A stretch of DNA of 64,000 nt from Candidatus Krumholzibacteriales bacterium (GCA_046483305.1 JAWODM010000062.1:4385-68384), one strand, 5' to 3'. Shown: positions 28,015-38,432, numbered from the stretch's first letter. Translations and numbers: made by a program. The notes: a model not told the origin generated them from the sequence alone.

Positions 28015-29307
28015 TCAGATGCCGGTGACTGACCGCTCCAGGAAATTGCTTTCGGGAAGAATAATCTCCCTGTCAAGAGCCACGGCAATATCGTCCACGG
28101 AGCTGTCATCAATGAGCATACCTCGATGATTTACCGCATTGGGAGGTATCACTACCCTGCCGCTCAGATTATCAATCCCGCGGGCGGCTGATATTATATC
28201 AGACCCGCTGAGCAGGCCTGAAACGGTGACCTGTTCACCGAAAAGCCTGTTTTCGACCTCAACAATCTGAATACTGCATTCCGGCATCTCACTTCTTACC
28301 AGCGGCATAATATATCTGTTAATGAGACGGCCGCCAAGCTTTCCGGTAATTACCGCAAATTCAGAGGTCTTTAATCCCTCTCTCCTTAATCTCTCAATTT
28401 CTGTTTTAATATCTTCTATGAACCGTCGGGACAGCCCGACTCCATTATCGATCTGGAAATATTCGCTGTAGTAGCCGTCCGGTGGAAGTTCGCGCCCGGC
28501 GGCCAGATAGAATTCATCGGACAGGTAGAAGAATCTTTCTTCCATTTCTCCAGTCCCCTCCAGCCTGCTCTCCATTGAATCCTTCCATCTGAAAATTTCC
28601 TCCGCCCTCTCCGGAGTGACCCTTTCTATTAATGGAAGGTTATCCCGGTGCCTGGTCAGGCCTACCGGCACGATGGAAAGGGAACGGCATCCCGGATATA
28701 GACCGGCCAGGGATTGAACTGTTTCAGAAAGGTATCTGCCGTCGTTAACCTCTGGAACCAGAACTATCTGGGCGTGAAAGGTTATCCCTTCTCCGGTGAG
28801 TCTCCGGAGCACTTCCAGAATATCGCTGCTAATCGGACGTCCGAAGATATATTCCCTCAAATCCCTGTCTACCGCGTGAACTGATATATACAGCGGGGAC
28901 AGGTTATATTCAATTATCCTGCTGATATCGGATTCAGATATATCATTGAGAGTTATATAATTGCCGTAGAGGAAACTGAGCCTGTAGTCATCATCCCTGC
29001 AATACAGGGTATCCCTGAGGCCCGGCGGCATCTGATCCACGAAACAGAATATGCACTTGCTGCCGCAGGTCCTGAATTCCATTTCCCGGAAGGAGACCCC
29101 CTCTCTTTCAAAATAACTGTATTCCAGGTTCATCTCTGTCCGCCCGCCTTCCTTTTTTCTTATCTTCACCCTGGCGCGCTCTCCCCCCCCCATATTGAAA
29201 AGAATATCCAGCTGATCGTGCACTTTCTTTCCGTTGATGGAGATTATCTCATCACCGGGAGAGATATGCTCCTGATCTCCGGCGACGGTTTCTATTTTTA
29301 CACCCAT
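28015..29307 (-). CDS. PDZ domain-containing radical-SAM-like protein (DUF512 family)
   Basis: N-terminal PDZ (GDEIISINGKKV). CGSKCIFC is a CX3CX2C motif. Conserved position upstream of der-plsY-gpsA. Confidence 0.6.
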   Translation of the reverse strand: MGVKIETVAGDQEHISPGDEIISINGKKVHDQLDILFNMGGGERARVKIRKKEGGRTEMNLEYSYFEREGVSFREMEFRTCGSKCIFCFVDQMPPGLRDTLYCRDDDYRLSFLYGNYITLNDISESDISRIIEYNLSPLYISVHAVDRDLREYIFGRPISSDILEVLRRLTGEGITFHAQIVLVPEVNDGRYLSETVQSLAGLYPGCRSLSIVPVGLTRHRDNLPLIERVTPERAEEIFRWKDSMESRLEGTGEMEERFFYLSDEFYLAAGRELPPDGYYSEYFQIDNGVGLSRRFIEDIKTEIERLRREGLKTSEFAVITGKLGGRLINRYIMPLVRSEMPECSIQIVEVENRLFGEQVTVSGLLSGSDIISAARGIDNLSGRVVIPPNAVNHRGMLIDDSSVDDIAVALDREIILPESNFLERSVTGI

Positions 29308-29345
29308 GAGAAAATTCCCGGATTGTTATTAAGCTTTAAATAAAA

Positions 29346-29417
29346 AAGCGGGCAACGGGATTCGAACCCGCGACCCTCAGCTTGGGAAGCTGAAACTCTA
29401 CCACTGAGTTATGCCCG
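29346..29417 (-). tRNA. tRNA-Gly (anticodon CCC)
   Basis: Manual fold: acceptor GCGGGCA/TGCCCGC, D-stem ACTC/GAGT, anticodon stem TCAGC/GCTGA with loop TTCCCAA, T-arm GCGGG-TTCGAAT-CCCGT. 72 nt, no CCA. Confidence 0.8.
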
Positions 29418-29433
29418 CACAGAAAACAAATTA

Positions 29434-30354
29434 TCAGTTTGGCCACTCCTTGTCAAGGATCATGGAGACCTCTTCCAGGGGGTCATCTTCGTTTATATCA
29501 AGCCATTTAACGTTATCCTCCTTTCTGAACCAGGTTAGCTGCCGTTTGGCGTACTGCCTGGTTGCGGCGGATATCTTTTCCACGCAGGATTCAAGGTCTA
29601 TCTCCCCGCCAAGGTAAGATATGATTTCCTGATAGCCAATGGTCTGCATCCCCGGAAGCTCCGGGCCTATCCCTTCATTCAGAAGTCCCCTGACCTCATC
29701 TATCCATCCTCTTTCTATCATCTCAGCCGTTCTTCTGTTGATTCTCTGGTGAATAATCTTTCTGCGGGAATTCAGCCCTATTTTAACGGCCTCCAGGCCG
29801 AACTCGTTCTCATCGGTCTGGTTACGGATATGCTCACTCAGGGGGGTCCCGGACAGGTTGTATACTTCCAGAGCCCTGATAATCCTGTACCGGTCATTTT
29901 CATGAATTTTCTCCGAGATTCCCCTGTCAATCTCCGATAATTGTTCATAGAGATCCCGGGTAGGGGTATCGCTTACCCGGGAAGCGAACTCCTCTCTCTC
30001 ATCTTCGTAGAGATCGATATCGAAAAGCCCGTGAAGAACAGCCTTCAGATAGAAACCGGCCCCCCCGACCAGGACGGGCATCCGGCCTCTGGCGGAAATA
30101 TCAGCTACCGCTTTTCTGGCCTCTTTCGCGAACCAGACTGCGTCACACTTCTGATCGAGGTCCAGAAGATCGAGCATGTGATGGGGTACCGTCTCCCTCT
30201 GATCCGGAGTAGGTTTGGCGGTGCCGATATCTATTTTCCTGTAGACTGTACGGGAGTCTATACAGACGATTTCACCTCTGTATTCCTGAGATATTTCGAG
30301 TGCCAGTCCGCTTTTTCCCGCAGCCGTGGGCCCAAGGATAACAAGTCCCTTCAT
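29434..30354 (-). CDS. miaA: tRNA dimethylallyltransferase
   Basis: P-loop GPTAAGKSGLALEI, 306 aa. 4-nt overlap with upstream mutL (conserved mutL-miaA pairing). Confidence 0.9.
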   Translation of the reverse strand: MKGLVILGPTAAGKSGLALEISQEYRGEIVCIDSRTVYRKIDIGTAKPTPDQRETVPHHMLDLLDLDQKCDAVWFAKEARKAVADISARGRMPVLVGGAGFYLKAVLHGLFDIDLYEDEREEFASRVSDTPTRDLYEQLSEIDRGISEKIHENDRYRIIRALEVYNLSGTPLSEHIRNQTDENEFGLEAVKIGLNSRRKIIHQRINRRTAEMIERGWIDEVRGLLNEGIGPELPGMQTIGYQEIISYLGGEIDLESCVEKISAATRQYAKRQLTWFRKEDNVKWLDINEDDPLEEVSMILDKEWPN

Positions 30355-32102
30355 CTCTCCTCCGTTTTACGGCCGAAACGGCGATCCAGTTCCGGACGGG
30401 AGATACGCAGCATGGTGGGGCGTCCGTGAGGGCAGGTAAACGGATATTCTGTAGCGAACAGCTGATCGACCAGGCTCTCCATCTCTTCAACCGACAGTTT
30501 TTCGCCTGCCCTGATTGCTGAATGACATGCGTAACTTTTCAGCATAGCGTCGAGGGAGCTTCCTTTTCCTCCCGTTTCGCCGAGGATGTCTCTCAGCAGC
30601 GCCCCCTCGCTCCAGTTCTTGACTCCCGCCGGAATCCCCCGTACTATAATGGTCCTGATTCCGAAAGGCTCTGCTTCGAATCCCAGCTGGGGGAGGATAT
30701 CTGAATACTCCTCGAAATTATCATATTCCTCCGGCGAGAGTTCTATGGTAGCCGGAAAAAGCAGAGACTGAACCCTGGGCTTTTCTCCCGCTATGTTATT
30801 TCTGGCCCTGTTGTAAAGAATCCTTTCGTGAGCGGCGTGCTGGTCGATAATAACCATTCCGTTCCGGATCTGGATAAATATATAGCTGTCATGAAGCTGC
30901 CAGTAAAGCTCCGCCGATTTTGACATCTCAGATTTTTCATTGAGGAGAGATTGAGGAGATTCCCGGGCCAGCCATTCTGTTTCCCTTATATCAAGCTCGC
31001 CCTGCCGCGAGTACTCCGGAGTATCCCGGCCGGCCGCTTCCGGCATCTCTTCCTTCTGTTTTTCCGGAAAGATACTGCGGTAGACAGATTCAACCTTTTC
31101 CTGAAAAGAGACCGTTTTTTCTCCCCTCACAGCATCCCTTACTGACCGGTGGACAAACCGGTGTACCTCTCTCTCGTTCTGAAATTTGATTCTTGATTTT
31201 GAGGGGTGGACATTAATATCCACCAGATTGCGCGGGACCTCCAGAAACAGAATCGCCATGGGATGCCTGTCGGCCGGTATCACATTCTCATATGCCCTCC
31301 GGAGCGCGTAACCAATAATCTTATCCTTTACGTATCTGTTATTCACAAAAAAATACTGCATGGAGCGGTTGCCCCTCGATAATTCCGGGCTGGAGACGTA
31401 ACCGGAGAGCCTGAATTCTCCGCCGGCCCTTTCAACCTTCTTCATCCGGTTGAAATTTCCAGGACCGGTAACCGCCTCTATCCTCTCTTTCAGTGACGAG
31501 GCGCTGTAGGATAGTATCTTCTTCCCGTCGCTTTCCAGAGTGATGGCAGTAAATGGGAATGATATGCTCATCCTTCTTATCAGAGCTGTTATCCTCCGGG
31601 TTTCGGCGGAATCGCTGGAGAGGAACTTCTTTCTGGCGGGGAGGTTGAAGAAGAGATCCCGGACGGTTACCGTGGTGCCGGTTTTTCGCGCGGCAGGCTT
31701 TTCCCCGGTTAGCCTTATGCCCTCCCAGGAAACCTCCCTGGCCGCCTCGTCATTTTCGGTACCCGATAGAATGCTCAGCCTGCTTACCGCTCTGATACTC
31801 GCCAGTGCCTCTCCCCTGAATCCCAGCGTATCTACCGTGCCGATATCTTCTATGCCGCTGATTTTGCTGGTCGAGAAATTGTCTGCCGCGGCCTCAATCT
31901 CCGAAGCGGGAATCCCGGCGCCGTCATCCTTTATTCTGATAAGTTCCTTCCCTCCCCCCTGGAGTGTGACCGATATTCTGGCCGCACCGGCATCTATGGA
32001 ATTCTCTATCAATTCCTTGACCACATTAACCGGGCGTTCTATCACCTCGCCGGCTGCTATCCTGGCGGTGGTCTCTCTGGATAACTTTTTTATAAAAGCC
32101 AA
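30351..32102 (-). CDS. mutL: DNA mismatch repair protein MutL
   Basis: GHKL ATPase N-terminus (IAAGEVIERPVNVVKELIENSIDAGA), 583 aa. Confidence 0.9.
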   Translation of the reverse strand: MAFIKKLSRETTARIAAGEVIERPVNVVKELIENSIDAGAARISVTLQGGGKELIRIKDDGAGIPASEIEAAADNFSTSKISGIEDIGTVDTLGFRGEALASIRAVSRLSILSGTENDEAAREVSWEGIRLTGEKPAARKTGTTVTVRDLFFNLPARKKFLSSDSAETRRITALIRRMSISFPFTAITLESDGKKILSYSASSLKERIEAVTGPGNFNRMKKVERAGGEFRLSGYVSSPELSRGNRSMQYFFVNNRYVKDKIIGYALRRAYENVIPADRHPMAILFLEVPRNLVDINVHPSKSRIKFQNEREVHRFVHRSVRDAVRGEKTVSFQEKVESVYRSIFPEKQKEEMPEAAGRDTPEYSRQGELDIRETEWLARESPQSLLNEKSEMSKSAELYWQLHDSYIFIQIRNGMVIIDQHAAHERILYNRARNNIAGEKPRVQSLLFPATIELSPEEYDNFEEYSDILPQLGFEAEPFGIRTIIVRGIPAGVKNWSEGALLRDILGETGGKGSSLDAMLKSYACHSAIRAGEKLSVEEMESLVDQLFATEYPFTCPHGRPTMLRISRPELDRRFGRKTEER

Positions 32103-32231
32103 CTTTCAGTCCTTCTCAGCTTGAATACCATTACAATATTATCTAGAACGAAAATAACACAGCCCGGCGGGAGCGGCAACGAATAATCGATGTAACCTGT
32201 GGAAAGGCAGGATTGAAGGCGGCGTGCGATA

Positions 32232-33776
32232 CTATTTTATCCGGCGCAGATTCATCAGGACGTTTATCTTCCCTTCCATATCCCTGTTCTGAGGATAATA
32301 CAGAAGCATGTCTGAATATCCGTCCCCGTTAAGGTCCTCTACCTCAATTTCGCCGAAGGCCAGGATATCGATTTCAGCAGCCCTGTCGTCTGAGAAGATC
32401 TTGTCGTCATTGTTCGTTATTCCCAGGTATATCGATAGTTGGTCATCGTCGGTGGCGAAGACAAAGTCTTTTCTGAGGTCATTGTTGAAATCACCATGAA
32501 GATTGATAGCCTGGGTATCGCTCTCCCCTGAGAAATCGATTTTGAATTTAACCTCTTTGGAGAAATCCGGGTTTTCCGAGAAACGGCCGTTTTCATTATA
32601 AAGGAAAATATTAAATCTGATGGGGAAAGACCTTGTAATAAGGAATCTTATCAGCGATGTAACGCTGATCTTCACGGAAGGCAGTATAAGGTCCATCTTC
32701 CCGTCGCCGTTCACATCCATTATAGTGGTTCCCGCCGACGCTGTACCCTCCGATATTATTACCTGGTCGGGAGTCGATTTGTAGCCCTCCTCTCGGCCGT
32801 TATAGATACTGAGCACCCCCCTGAGTTCGGTTATCCCCCTGGCGGTCTGCTTGGTTACGATAACATCCGAGTAGCCGTCAGAATCGAGGTTCTGAATGGT
32901 GGTGTATACATTTGCCATCGCCTCGATCTTCTCCTTCCTGGAGCGCACATCGAAATTCATGTATACTTCCGGCTGGTCCCTGAACATATTGCTTCTGTCC
33001 TTGATGTACACGTACAACCTGTCTTCCCTGGTTATCAGAAGATCGCTGCGCCCGTCATTGTTATAATCTATCAGGTTCAGGTCGGGAAAATAGAAGTTGG
33101 AGGTCAGGCCTTCGGTCCGGAAAGGATAATCACGGCTGATGCGGCCGGATACGGATGATTCGATTTTAACGGGGATGCTGTTATATTCCCGGTATACGCC
33201 CGCGGAATCCGCTGAGTAGAGTGATAACCCTTCAAACCTGAATGCCGCAATTTCATTCCTGCCGTTTCCGCTCCAGTCTCTGACAAAATCAATTAAGGGA
33301 ATGTCGTCTTTTTCAGGGAACAGAGTCATGCCTCTGACATTGAGCAGTACTTCCGGTTCCGTATGAAAATAGAACCCGTCCCGTATCTGATAATACTTGA
33401 TGCTGCGATCTGTGAAGTATACGATTTCTTCACGGGAGTCGCCGGTAATATCCCCTGTATCCATGATTACTGCAGCGCTGTCTATCTCCCAGGACTGATC
33501 CGCGGCGCTGAAAAACTTTCCGTTCGAGCTCTGGTGGAAGATCGATATCCATCTGGTTTCTTTTGGCGGAAGCCCTTTTATATGCGTTATCATTATATCC
33601 TTGAGGCCGTCGCTGTCAAAATCGCTGATATGGATATCCAGCATCTTGTCCGCGACTCCCAGTTGAGATATTTCGAACGCCGGTTCATCTGCATTAACCG
33701 GAGTGGCGGAAAAGGCCAGCGCCAGAAGAATTATTAATATCAAAGGGTATCCGGTTTTGCGTAATCCCTTGAACAT
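32232..33776 (-). CDS. FG-GAP/VCBS-repeat secreted protein, hypothetical
   Basis: Signal peptide from ATG 33776 (MFKGLRKTGYPLILIILLALAFSATPVNA) with GAGGTG RBS. Repeated D-x-[DN]-x-D-G motifs (DSDGLKD, NNDGRSD, DSDGYSD, NGDGKMD, NGDGYSD) are typical of beta-propeller FG-GAP blades. The upstream 127 codons of the listed ORF are probably not translated. Confidence 0.6.
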   Translation of the reverse strand: MFKGLRKTGYPLILIILLALAFSATPVNADEPAFEISQLGVADKMLDIHISDFDSDGLKDIMITHIKGLPPKETRWISIFHQSSNGKFFSAADQSWEIDSAAVIMDTGDITGDSREEIVYFTDRSIKYYQIRDGFYFHTEPEVLLNVRGMTLFPEKDDIPLIDFVRDWSGNGRNEIAAFRFEGLSLYSADSAGVYREYNSIPVKIESSVSGRISRDYPFRTEGLTSNFYFPDLNLIDYNNDGRSDLLITREDRLYVYIKDRSNMFRDQPEVYMNFDVRSRKEKIEAMANVYTTIQNLDSDGYSDVIVTKQTARGITELRGVLSIYNGREEGYKSTPDQVIISEGTASAGTTIMDVNGDGKMDLILPSVKISVTSLIRFLITRSFPIRFNIFLYNENGRFSENPDFSKEVKFKIDFSGESDTQAINLHGDFNNDLRKDFVFATDDDQLSIYLGITNNDDKIFSDDRAAEIDILAFGEIEVEDLNGDGYSDMLLYYPQNRDMEGKINVLMNLRRIK

Positions 33777-33802
33777 CACAGTTGTCACCTCATTTATGCT
33801 TA

Positions 33803-34627
33803 TCATGACTTTATCTCTTTTCTGTTTACCATGGCATATCCCGCAGTCAGCGACAGGGCCAGATACCCCGCGGGAAATCCCAGGGTATGGTATGTAATTT
33901 CCTTCCATGACATCTGAAGAGGGAGCCCCTTGGCCATGAGTACGAACTGTTCCACCGGCAATGATATATAACTGGTCAGAAGGAACGGTCTGGCCGCGCC
34001 GAATATTTCCAGTATCACCATCAGCAGGGATGCGGCGATGACCACTGATATGGAAGAGCCGGCAGCGTTGAAAATCAGGGAGACGGCTGATGTTGCCGCT
34101 ATAATTACTCCTGTCACCCATAAGCTTAGAAGCAGGATCAGGCCCGATTTGAGCCACAGGTCGGATTCCGAGTGGATAAGGTAATTATTTTCGACCAGGG
34201 ATTCGAAATCATATTTAAGAGAGGCCAGCAGAATTAACAGCGCCGCGGATATTATAAGTATGCCCCAGGATATTATGCAGCTGTGTAATAACTTTCCGGA
34301 ATACCACATTCTTCTGGAAAGCGGCTGGACCCACGCCGCCTTCACGGTCCCCATACTGAATTCATTGGAAATCTGAAAACAGGTTATTATAACCGCCGCA
34401 AGGGAAACCCCCTTTACAATCCATCCCAGAGAGGCCGCGGTTATATAGAATCCACTGGCCGGGCCGAAGGATAGGTTGTCCGAGGCGGCGCTGACTGCCA
34501 GGAAAATAAGGACCGTAATCACTATTATCATAACAGGGACGGTGATTAAGGACCTGGTTTTGCTCTGTTTGTATATTTCCGCTGAGATTATCTTTGCAAT
34601 ATCACCCATGGTTATCCGTTTCTTCAC
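33803..34627 (-). CDS. ABC-2 type transporter permease
   Basis: Six predicted TM helices, about 270 aa, translationally coupled to the upstream ABC ATPase. Confidence 0.65.
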   Translation of the reverse strand: MKKRITMGDIAKIISAEIYKQSKTRSLITVPVMIIVITVLIFLAVSAASDNLSFGPASGFYITAASLGWIVKGVSLAAVIITCFQISNEFSMGTVKAAWVQPLSRRMWYSGKLLHSCIISWGILIISAALLILLASLKYDFESLVENNYLIHSESDLWLKSGLILLLSLWVTGVIIAATSAVSLIFNAAGSSISVVIAASLLMVILEIFGAARPFLLTSYISLPVEQFVLMAKGLPLQMSWKEITYHTLGFPAGYLALSLTAGYAMVNRKEIKS

Positions 34628-35522
34628 CGGTAAGGCGGAGAAAGATCTCCTCCAGCCTGTATTCCTTTTCTCTTATGTTCTCTATTCCGGCACCGCTTCC
34701 GGAGAGTTTCTCCCCGAGCTGTCCGGTGGTCAGAGAGGGAGCTATAACTTCCAGGATTTTCTCCCCGGTTCTCTTGAAATTTACAATCTGGTGAATTTCT
34801 CCTATTAATTTCTCGGCTGTTTCAGGATCTTCAGAATGGATTTCGATCATCCTCAGCTGTGAATCAGTTCCCGATATTATTATCTCTCCCCGGTGGATTA
34901 TTATCATACTGTCGCATATCTGCTGTATTTCTTCCATCCGGTGGGAGGAAAGCAGCACCGCCCTGCCCTCTTCCCGTGCAAGCAGGGGGATCAATTTTCT
35001 CATGTACGCAATACCGGCCGGATCGAGTCCGTTGGTAGGTTCGTCAAGCAGAAGAACCCGGGGATCCGGCAGAAGGGCGGCAGCCAGAGAGAGACGCTGT
35101 TTCATTCCCCAGGAGTATTCCTTTACCTTACGGTCCGCTGCGTCCTTCAGGCCGCTCATTTCAATCATATCCTCCACTTCCAGAGTCTTATGGCCGGCGA
35201 GCCACCGCTTTTTAAGGATAAGATTCTCTCTGCCGCTGAGATAGGGGTAGAAAGCCGGCGAATCGAATTGAACGCCCAGATTGGACATGGCTTCAACCGT
35301 ATTCCGGAATACATCTATGCCGCAGACCCGTACCGACCCTGAAGTCGGCCTGAGCAAAGCGCATATTATCTTGAAGGTGGTAGTTTTGCCGGCGCCATTT
35401 GGACCCAGAAAGCCGTAAACTCCAGGCCGGGAAATCGATATATCTATTCCTTTCAAAGCCTCGGTCTTACCGAAATTCCTGGCGAGCCCTCTTATGTTAA
35501 TGTATTCAGATTTGATCTCCAT
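34602..35522 (-). CDS. ABC transporter ATP-binding protein
   Basis: Walker A GPNGAGKTT, signature-like YSWGMKQRLSLA, Walker B LLLDEPTNGLDP. Confidence 0.85.
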   Translation of the reverse strand: MEIKSEYINIRGLARNFGKTEALKGIDISISRPGVYGFLGPNGAGKTTTFKIICALLRPTSGSVRVCGIDVFRNTVEAMSNLGVQFDSPAFYPYLSGRENLILKKRWLAGHKTLEVEDMIEMSGLKDAADRKVKEYSWGMKQRLSLAAALLPDPRVLLLDEPTNGLDPAGIAYMRKLIPLLAREEGRAVLLSSHRMEEIQQICDSMIIIHRGEIIISGTDSQLRMIEIHSEDPETAEKLIGEIHQIVNFKRTGEKILEVIAPSLTTGQLGEKLSGSGAGIENIREKEYRLEEIFLRLTGEETDNHG

Positions 35523-35558
35523 GAATATTTCCCGCCTCCGTAATCGTCAGCGTACCTT

Positions 35559-37094
35559 TCAGAATGACCTCTCCGCCCGGAGGATGAATCGCGGCGAGAA
35601 TTCCTCCGCTTCCAGATCCTCCGCGACATAAAAACCTACACACGGCAGGATGGATCTCGCGGATATACCAAGACCGCCTGTGCTCTTCCACTTATCATCA
35701 ATAAAATCAAAAGGTATATCCGGATTGCCCGCCCTGGCAAGTATCCCAGAATCCGAAAATATAAGCAGGTCCATCCGGGAACAGACTCTTTCAAGCAGGG
35801 GTAATTCTGGTATCGATTTCCTGATCTCAACCGTAAAAAGCGCCATCCTGTCACCCCGGTCTGGCGAAAACGGGAAGTCGGATAATCCCCTGATCCCGCC
35901 GTAGCCGTTTACCGACATGGTCAGCTGTTCTGGTATCTCTCCGAAAGAGGTGAACAGTTTTCCTCTTAAATCTATTTTCAGGCCCCTGCTGATTTCGTTA
36001 AAGCGGGCGATATCGATATCCATTACCGAATATGAAAAATCGCCGGGGCCGTCCGCGATCCCCTTCTCGAACATGAGGTTTGCCTGCCAGCCACCATATG
36101 TCCATCCTGTCTCATCCCTGGTGTTGAACATGAGCTGGAGCCTCGAGGATACCCTGTCACCTTCATCAATTGAAGGGTTCTCTCTGAACCGGTCATGGTT
36201 GTAGAAAAGAGATGGGATGGGCCTGGCAGAGAGTGAAACATCCCGCTGATAGGATAGAGATGCTTTTATCCTTAAACCTCCGAAACTGTTAACAGACATT
36301 GCAGCCTGTATTCCTCTTGTCTCATAGTAATCCGCGAAATCGTTTCCTGAGAGGGCTACTATCACTCCGTTCTCCAATCTGGAAAGCTGCCAGTCATCAT
36401 TTGTTTCTGTTCTCTTGAAACCCCGCATGATAAACTGAGCCTTTTGATCAAGCAGCGGAAACCTGATTTCCGCGTCGAACCCGAGGAAACCTCCGTCCTC
36501 CTTCCAGATCGGTATATGAAGGTGCGAGTCGAATGAAACATAAGGCCGTTCATGCCTCGGATTTAATCTCTTAAGGCCTACCTTCAGTATGTTGTAGTCC
36601 ACCCGCGATGGAGTCCCGGGCTTCAGGGAGGATTCAATATTAAGCGATGAAGGATCATCCTTTCTGTTGAACACGATTCTTGATTCTTCCCTGTAGATTT
36701 CGTAGTCAAGTTCACATCCGCCCCGGTATGTCCTGGCAGTCCCTTCGATTATGGAAAGCCTGGATATATACTTATCGCTGTTGACCAGGTTCAGAGAGCC
36801 GCCGATATAAGCTTCGCCTGTAAGAACCGCCCTGCCGTTTACTATCCAGGCGTTTCCCAGGAGCGCCCCTCCGGACTGTATATCCAGCGACCCCTCGATT
36901 ACGGCGGCGTCGTTTGAAATGGTATCTCCGGGATTTATTCGCAACCCTCCGTAATGAATTCTTATTTCTTTTGAGGAGAGTATTTCCGAAAGCTCGCCGC
37001 AGTTAATTTCCTTTTCCGGTGATTCCCCGGCCGCGGGGATGGCAGGCGAAATTGCAATTAATGCAAGCAATATTATAAAAGGCGTCTTGCTCAT
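35559..37094 (-). CDS. hypothetical outer-membrane/secreted protein with bactofilin-like N-terminal repeat region
   Basis: Signal peptide. N-terminal beta-helical glycine-rich repeats (AVIEGSLDIQSGGALLGNAWIVNGRAVLTGEAYIGGSLNLV) resembling bactofilin/DUF583. C-terminal region rich in alternating hydrophobics, ending ...RAERSF (terminal Phe, typical of OM beta-barrels). Confidence 0.4.
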   Translation of the reverse strand: MSKTPFIILLALIAISPAIPAAGESPEKEINCGELSEILSSKEIRIHYGGLRINPGDTISNDAAVIEGSLDIQSGGALLGNAWIVNGRAVLTGEAYIGGSLNLVNSDKYISRLSIIEGTARTYRGGCELDYEIYREESRIVFNRKDDPSSLNIESSLKPGTPSRVDYNILKVGLKRLNPRHERPYVSFDSHLHIPIWKEDGGFLGFDAEIRFPLLDQKAQFIMRGFKRTETNDDWQLSRLENGVIVALSGNDFADYYETRGIQAAMSVNSFGGLRIKASLSYQRDVSLSARPIPSLFYNHDRFRENPSIDEGDRVSSRLQLMFNTRDETGWTYGGWQANLMFEKGIADGPGDFSYSVMDIDIARFNEISRGLKIDLRGKLFTSFGEIPEQLTMSVNGYGGIRGLSDFPFSPDRGDRMALFTVEIRKSIPELPLLERVCSRMDLLIFSDSGILARAGNPDIPFDFIDDKWKSTGGLGISARSILPCVGFYVAEDLEAEEFSPRFILRAERSF

Positions 37095-37316
37095 ACAAAT
37101 ATCTCTGATACAGAAAATTCAATATTCTGATTCTCCGGTCTGCTTCTGATACGAAAATCATTATATCATGTTTCACACCTCAGTTAAGTTTAATATTTTA
37201 TTGGTAACGGTTTTGATTGATTGTAGCTCCGTAATTCTATATAAATGAGTTTTGTCCGGTTTTGTCAAATATCGCCCTGGAACATCTGTACAGGATTAAG
37301 AGGTTATTATCCGGCC

Positions 37317-38423
37317 ATGAAGACCATAAATTATATAATATCCGCGGCACTGATTCTTTCGGCAACGGTATCTCCCTGCCGGGCTGCGTCCGATGACAAG
37401 GAAAAACCCGAAAGGTATTATTTTTACCGTGGCTATGATTACGGCAGCGAATCGCTGATAAATCCCCTCAGCATAATTCTTAACGGAGGGTTCGGGATAC
37501 TGCAGATGGATAACAGGAGCAATTCTCTGGATGAAGTGGACTTCCGGACCGGTTTGAATAATGTAACATGGAATATGTCCAGCCCGCTGAGAACGATCGG
37601 TGAAACCGGGTATGGAGATTTCTTTCTCAACCAGGTCTTTCCTGTAAGTATCAACCGGCATAAGGCCTACTACTGGCCCAATTATACCCTCCACCTCATC
37701 GGGGGCGGTATGTCATACAGAATGATAGCGGAATGGTTTGAGTACCATGATTTCCGTTATCCGAGGGCGTTCTCTGTGCTTACCATGTCGGTGTACCATT
37801 TCCTCAACGAAGTAGTCGAAAACAGCAATTTCGTTGGGTATAATACCGATCCTATCGCGGATCTTTATCTGTTTGACCCACTCGGTATCGTTCTGTTCAA
37901 CAGCGACAGGGTATGCTCCTTTTTCAGCAGAACTCTGAATATGGCTGACTGGTCTTACCAGTTCGCTTATGACCCGTACCGAAACGCGGTGAAGAACATC
38001 GGGCAGAACTTCGTGTTAAAATACTGGCTTAACGATGATAATGACATAGGGTTGTTTTATCACTTTGGAACTCATGGGGAGCTTGGTTTATCCTTCCGTT
38101 CGAAAAACGGGGATTGTATATCGGCTGGAGCGGGACTGGTGGCGAATGAATTATTTGAAATTGGCGAAAGCACTACATTCCGCGAATTATCAGCCAGGCT
38201 GGTTGTTACCGCCGGTATCTTCTACGACAGGAACAATTCCCTTCTCGCTTCGCTGATATATTCAAAAACCCAGGATTACAAGTTGAGGCTCAATATCTAT
38301 CCCGGCCTGATTCCGCTCAAACATCTTTCGCCGGGGATTTTTATTTCCATGGACCAGGAAAACATATTATCCGCCGGGATTAGTTTCAGGTTCTCGCCGG
38401 TGGGTTTTTCCAGAAGATTCTAG
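37317..38423 (+). CDS. hypothetical secreted protein, possible outer-membrane beta-barrel
   Basis: Start at ATG 37317 with AAGAGG RBS and signal peptide MKTINYIISAALILSATVSPCRA. Aromatic-rich, terminates in ...GFSRRF. Confidence 0.4.
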   Translation: MKTINYIISAALILSATVSPCRAASDDKEKPERYYFYRGYDYGSESLINPLSIILNGGFGILQMDNRSNSLDEVDFRTGLNNVTWNMSSPLRTIGETGYGDFFLNQVFPVSINRHKAYYWPNYTLHLIGGGMSYRMIAEWFEYHDFRYPRAFSVLTMSVYHFLNEVVENSNFVGYNTDPIADLYLFDPLGIVLFNSDRVCSFFSRTLNMADWSYQFAYDPYRNAVKNIGQNFVLKYWLNDDNDIGLFYHFGTHGELGLSFRSKNGDCISAGAGLVANELFEIGESTTFRELSARLVVTAGIFYDRNNSLLASLIYSKTQDYKLRLNIYPGLIPLKHLSPGIFISMDQENILSAGISFRFSPVGFSRRF

Positions 38424-38432
38424 GGGATTGAT

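Noticed and set aside
29411-29617. 68-aa plus ORF overlapping tRNA-Gly and miaA
   Set aside because: Overlaps a confidently folded tRNA and the miaA 3' end.
31540-32124. 194-aa ORF antisense to mutL
   Set aside because: Shadow ORF. Low-complexity Ser/Ala-rich translation.
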